Shown: piece after piece, positions 63,763 to 64,000 of the stretch
How positions within the stretch are numbered: position 1 is the stretch's first letter
How the letters are laid out: each line of letters begins with the position of its first letter
Source: Selaginella moellendorffii
Taxonomy: Eukaryota; Plantae; Lycopodiophyta
Direction: 5' to 3'
Assembly: GCF_000143415.4 (NCBI RefSeq)
Contig: NW_003314265.1
Location: forward strand, 3,055,181-3,119,180
Length of the DNA: 64,000 bases
Notes under the pieces: generated by a model
Databases searched by the model: none
Seen by the model: only the letters and a program-made list of their open reading frames with translations
Told to the model about the DNA's origin: nothing
Translations under genes and position numbers: made by a program

Positions 63763-64000
63763 TCGATCATAGCCCCTTTCTTCCTTCCTCTTTCTTGGTT
63801 CTTTCTTCTCTGGCGATTGATCGACCCGCGATGGATGAGATACATTGGATCGATCGATCGAGCAGGGAGAGTTAAATGGTGATCGAGCAAACGATTATAT
63901 GGAAATTCGATTGAAACACGAAGACGAATCGATTGATAGGTAGGCCGACCTTCCTTTCTTCCGTTGGGATTCTTCCTCGCCCTTTTTAAGAGGTTTTTTG

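Overview
This is eukaryotic, land-plant nuclear DNA. Very short GT-AG introns, TTTAGGG repeats, PLS-PPR, F-box and SAUR genes, and tRNA-iMet primer-binding sites all point that way. The overall style suggests a lycophyte such as Selaginella, but that is an inference. Apparently intact genes: (1) a SAM + P-loop NTPase + PD-(D/E)xK Crinkler-like gene (37872-39924, -); (2) a nuclear-encoded MatR-like group II intron maturase with an acquired targeting peptide and spliceosomal introns (60010-62478, +); (3) a SAUR-family gene (63220-63762, +). Most of the middle of the window is nested retroelements. These include a decayed Ty3/gypsy holding a young 8.3-kb non-coding LTR element (LARD-like, minisatellite in its LTRs) that itself holds a 5S-bearing Cassandra TRIM, nested solo LTRs, a second TRIM family, copia and gypsy debris, and scrambled maturase, F-box and PPR pseudogenes. 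The most unusual region is 1-8700. It carries a long multi-exon, recently damaged gene that fuses a ParB/Srx-like domain, a degenerate N4/N6-methyltransferase-like domain, an acidic tract and an FCP1-type HAD phosphatase. The gene is embedded in about 19 copies of a 22-bp palindrome (ATGGCRTG-N6-CAYGCCAT), found in flanks, introns and even coding sequence but not seen elsewhere in the window. This is a candidate ParB/parS-like protein-binding-site system in a plant mobile element. All domain calls are by motif recognition only; no searches were run.
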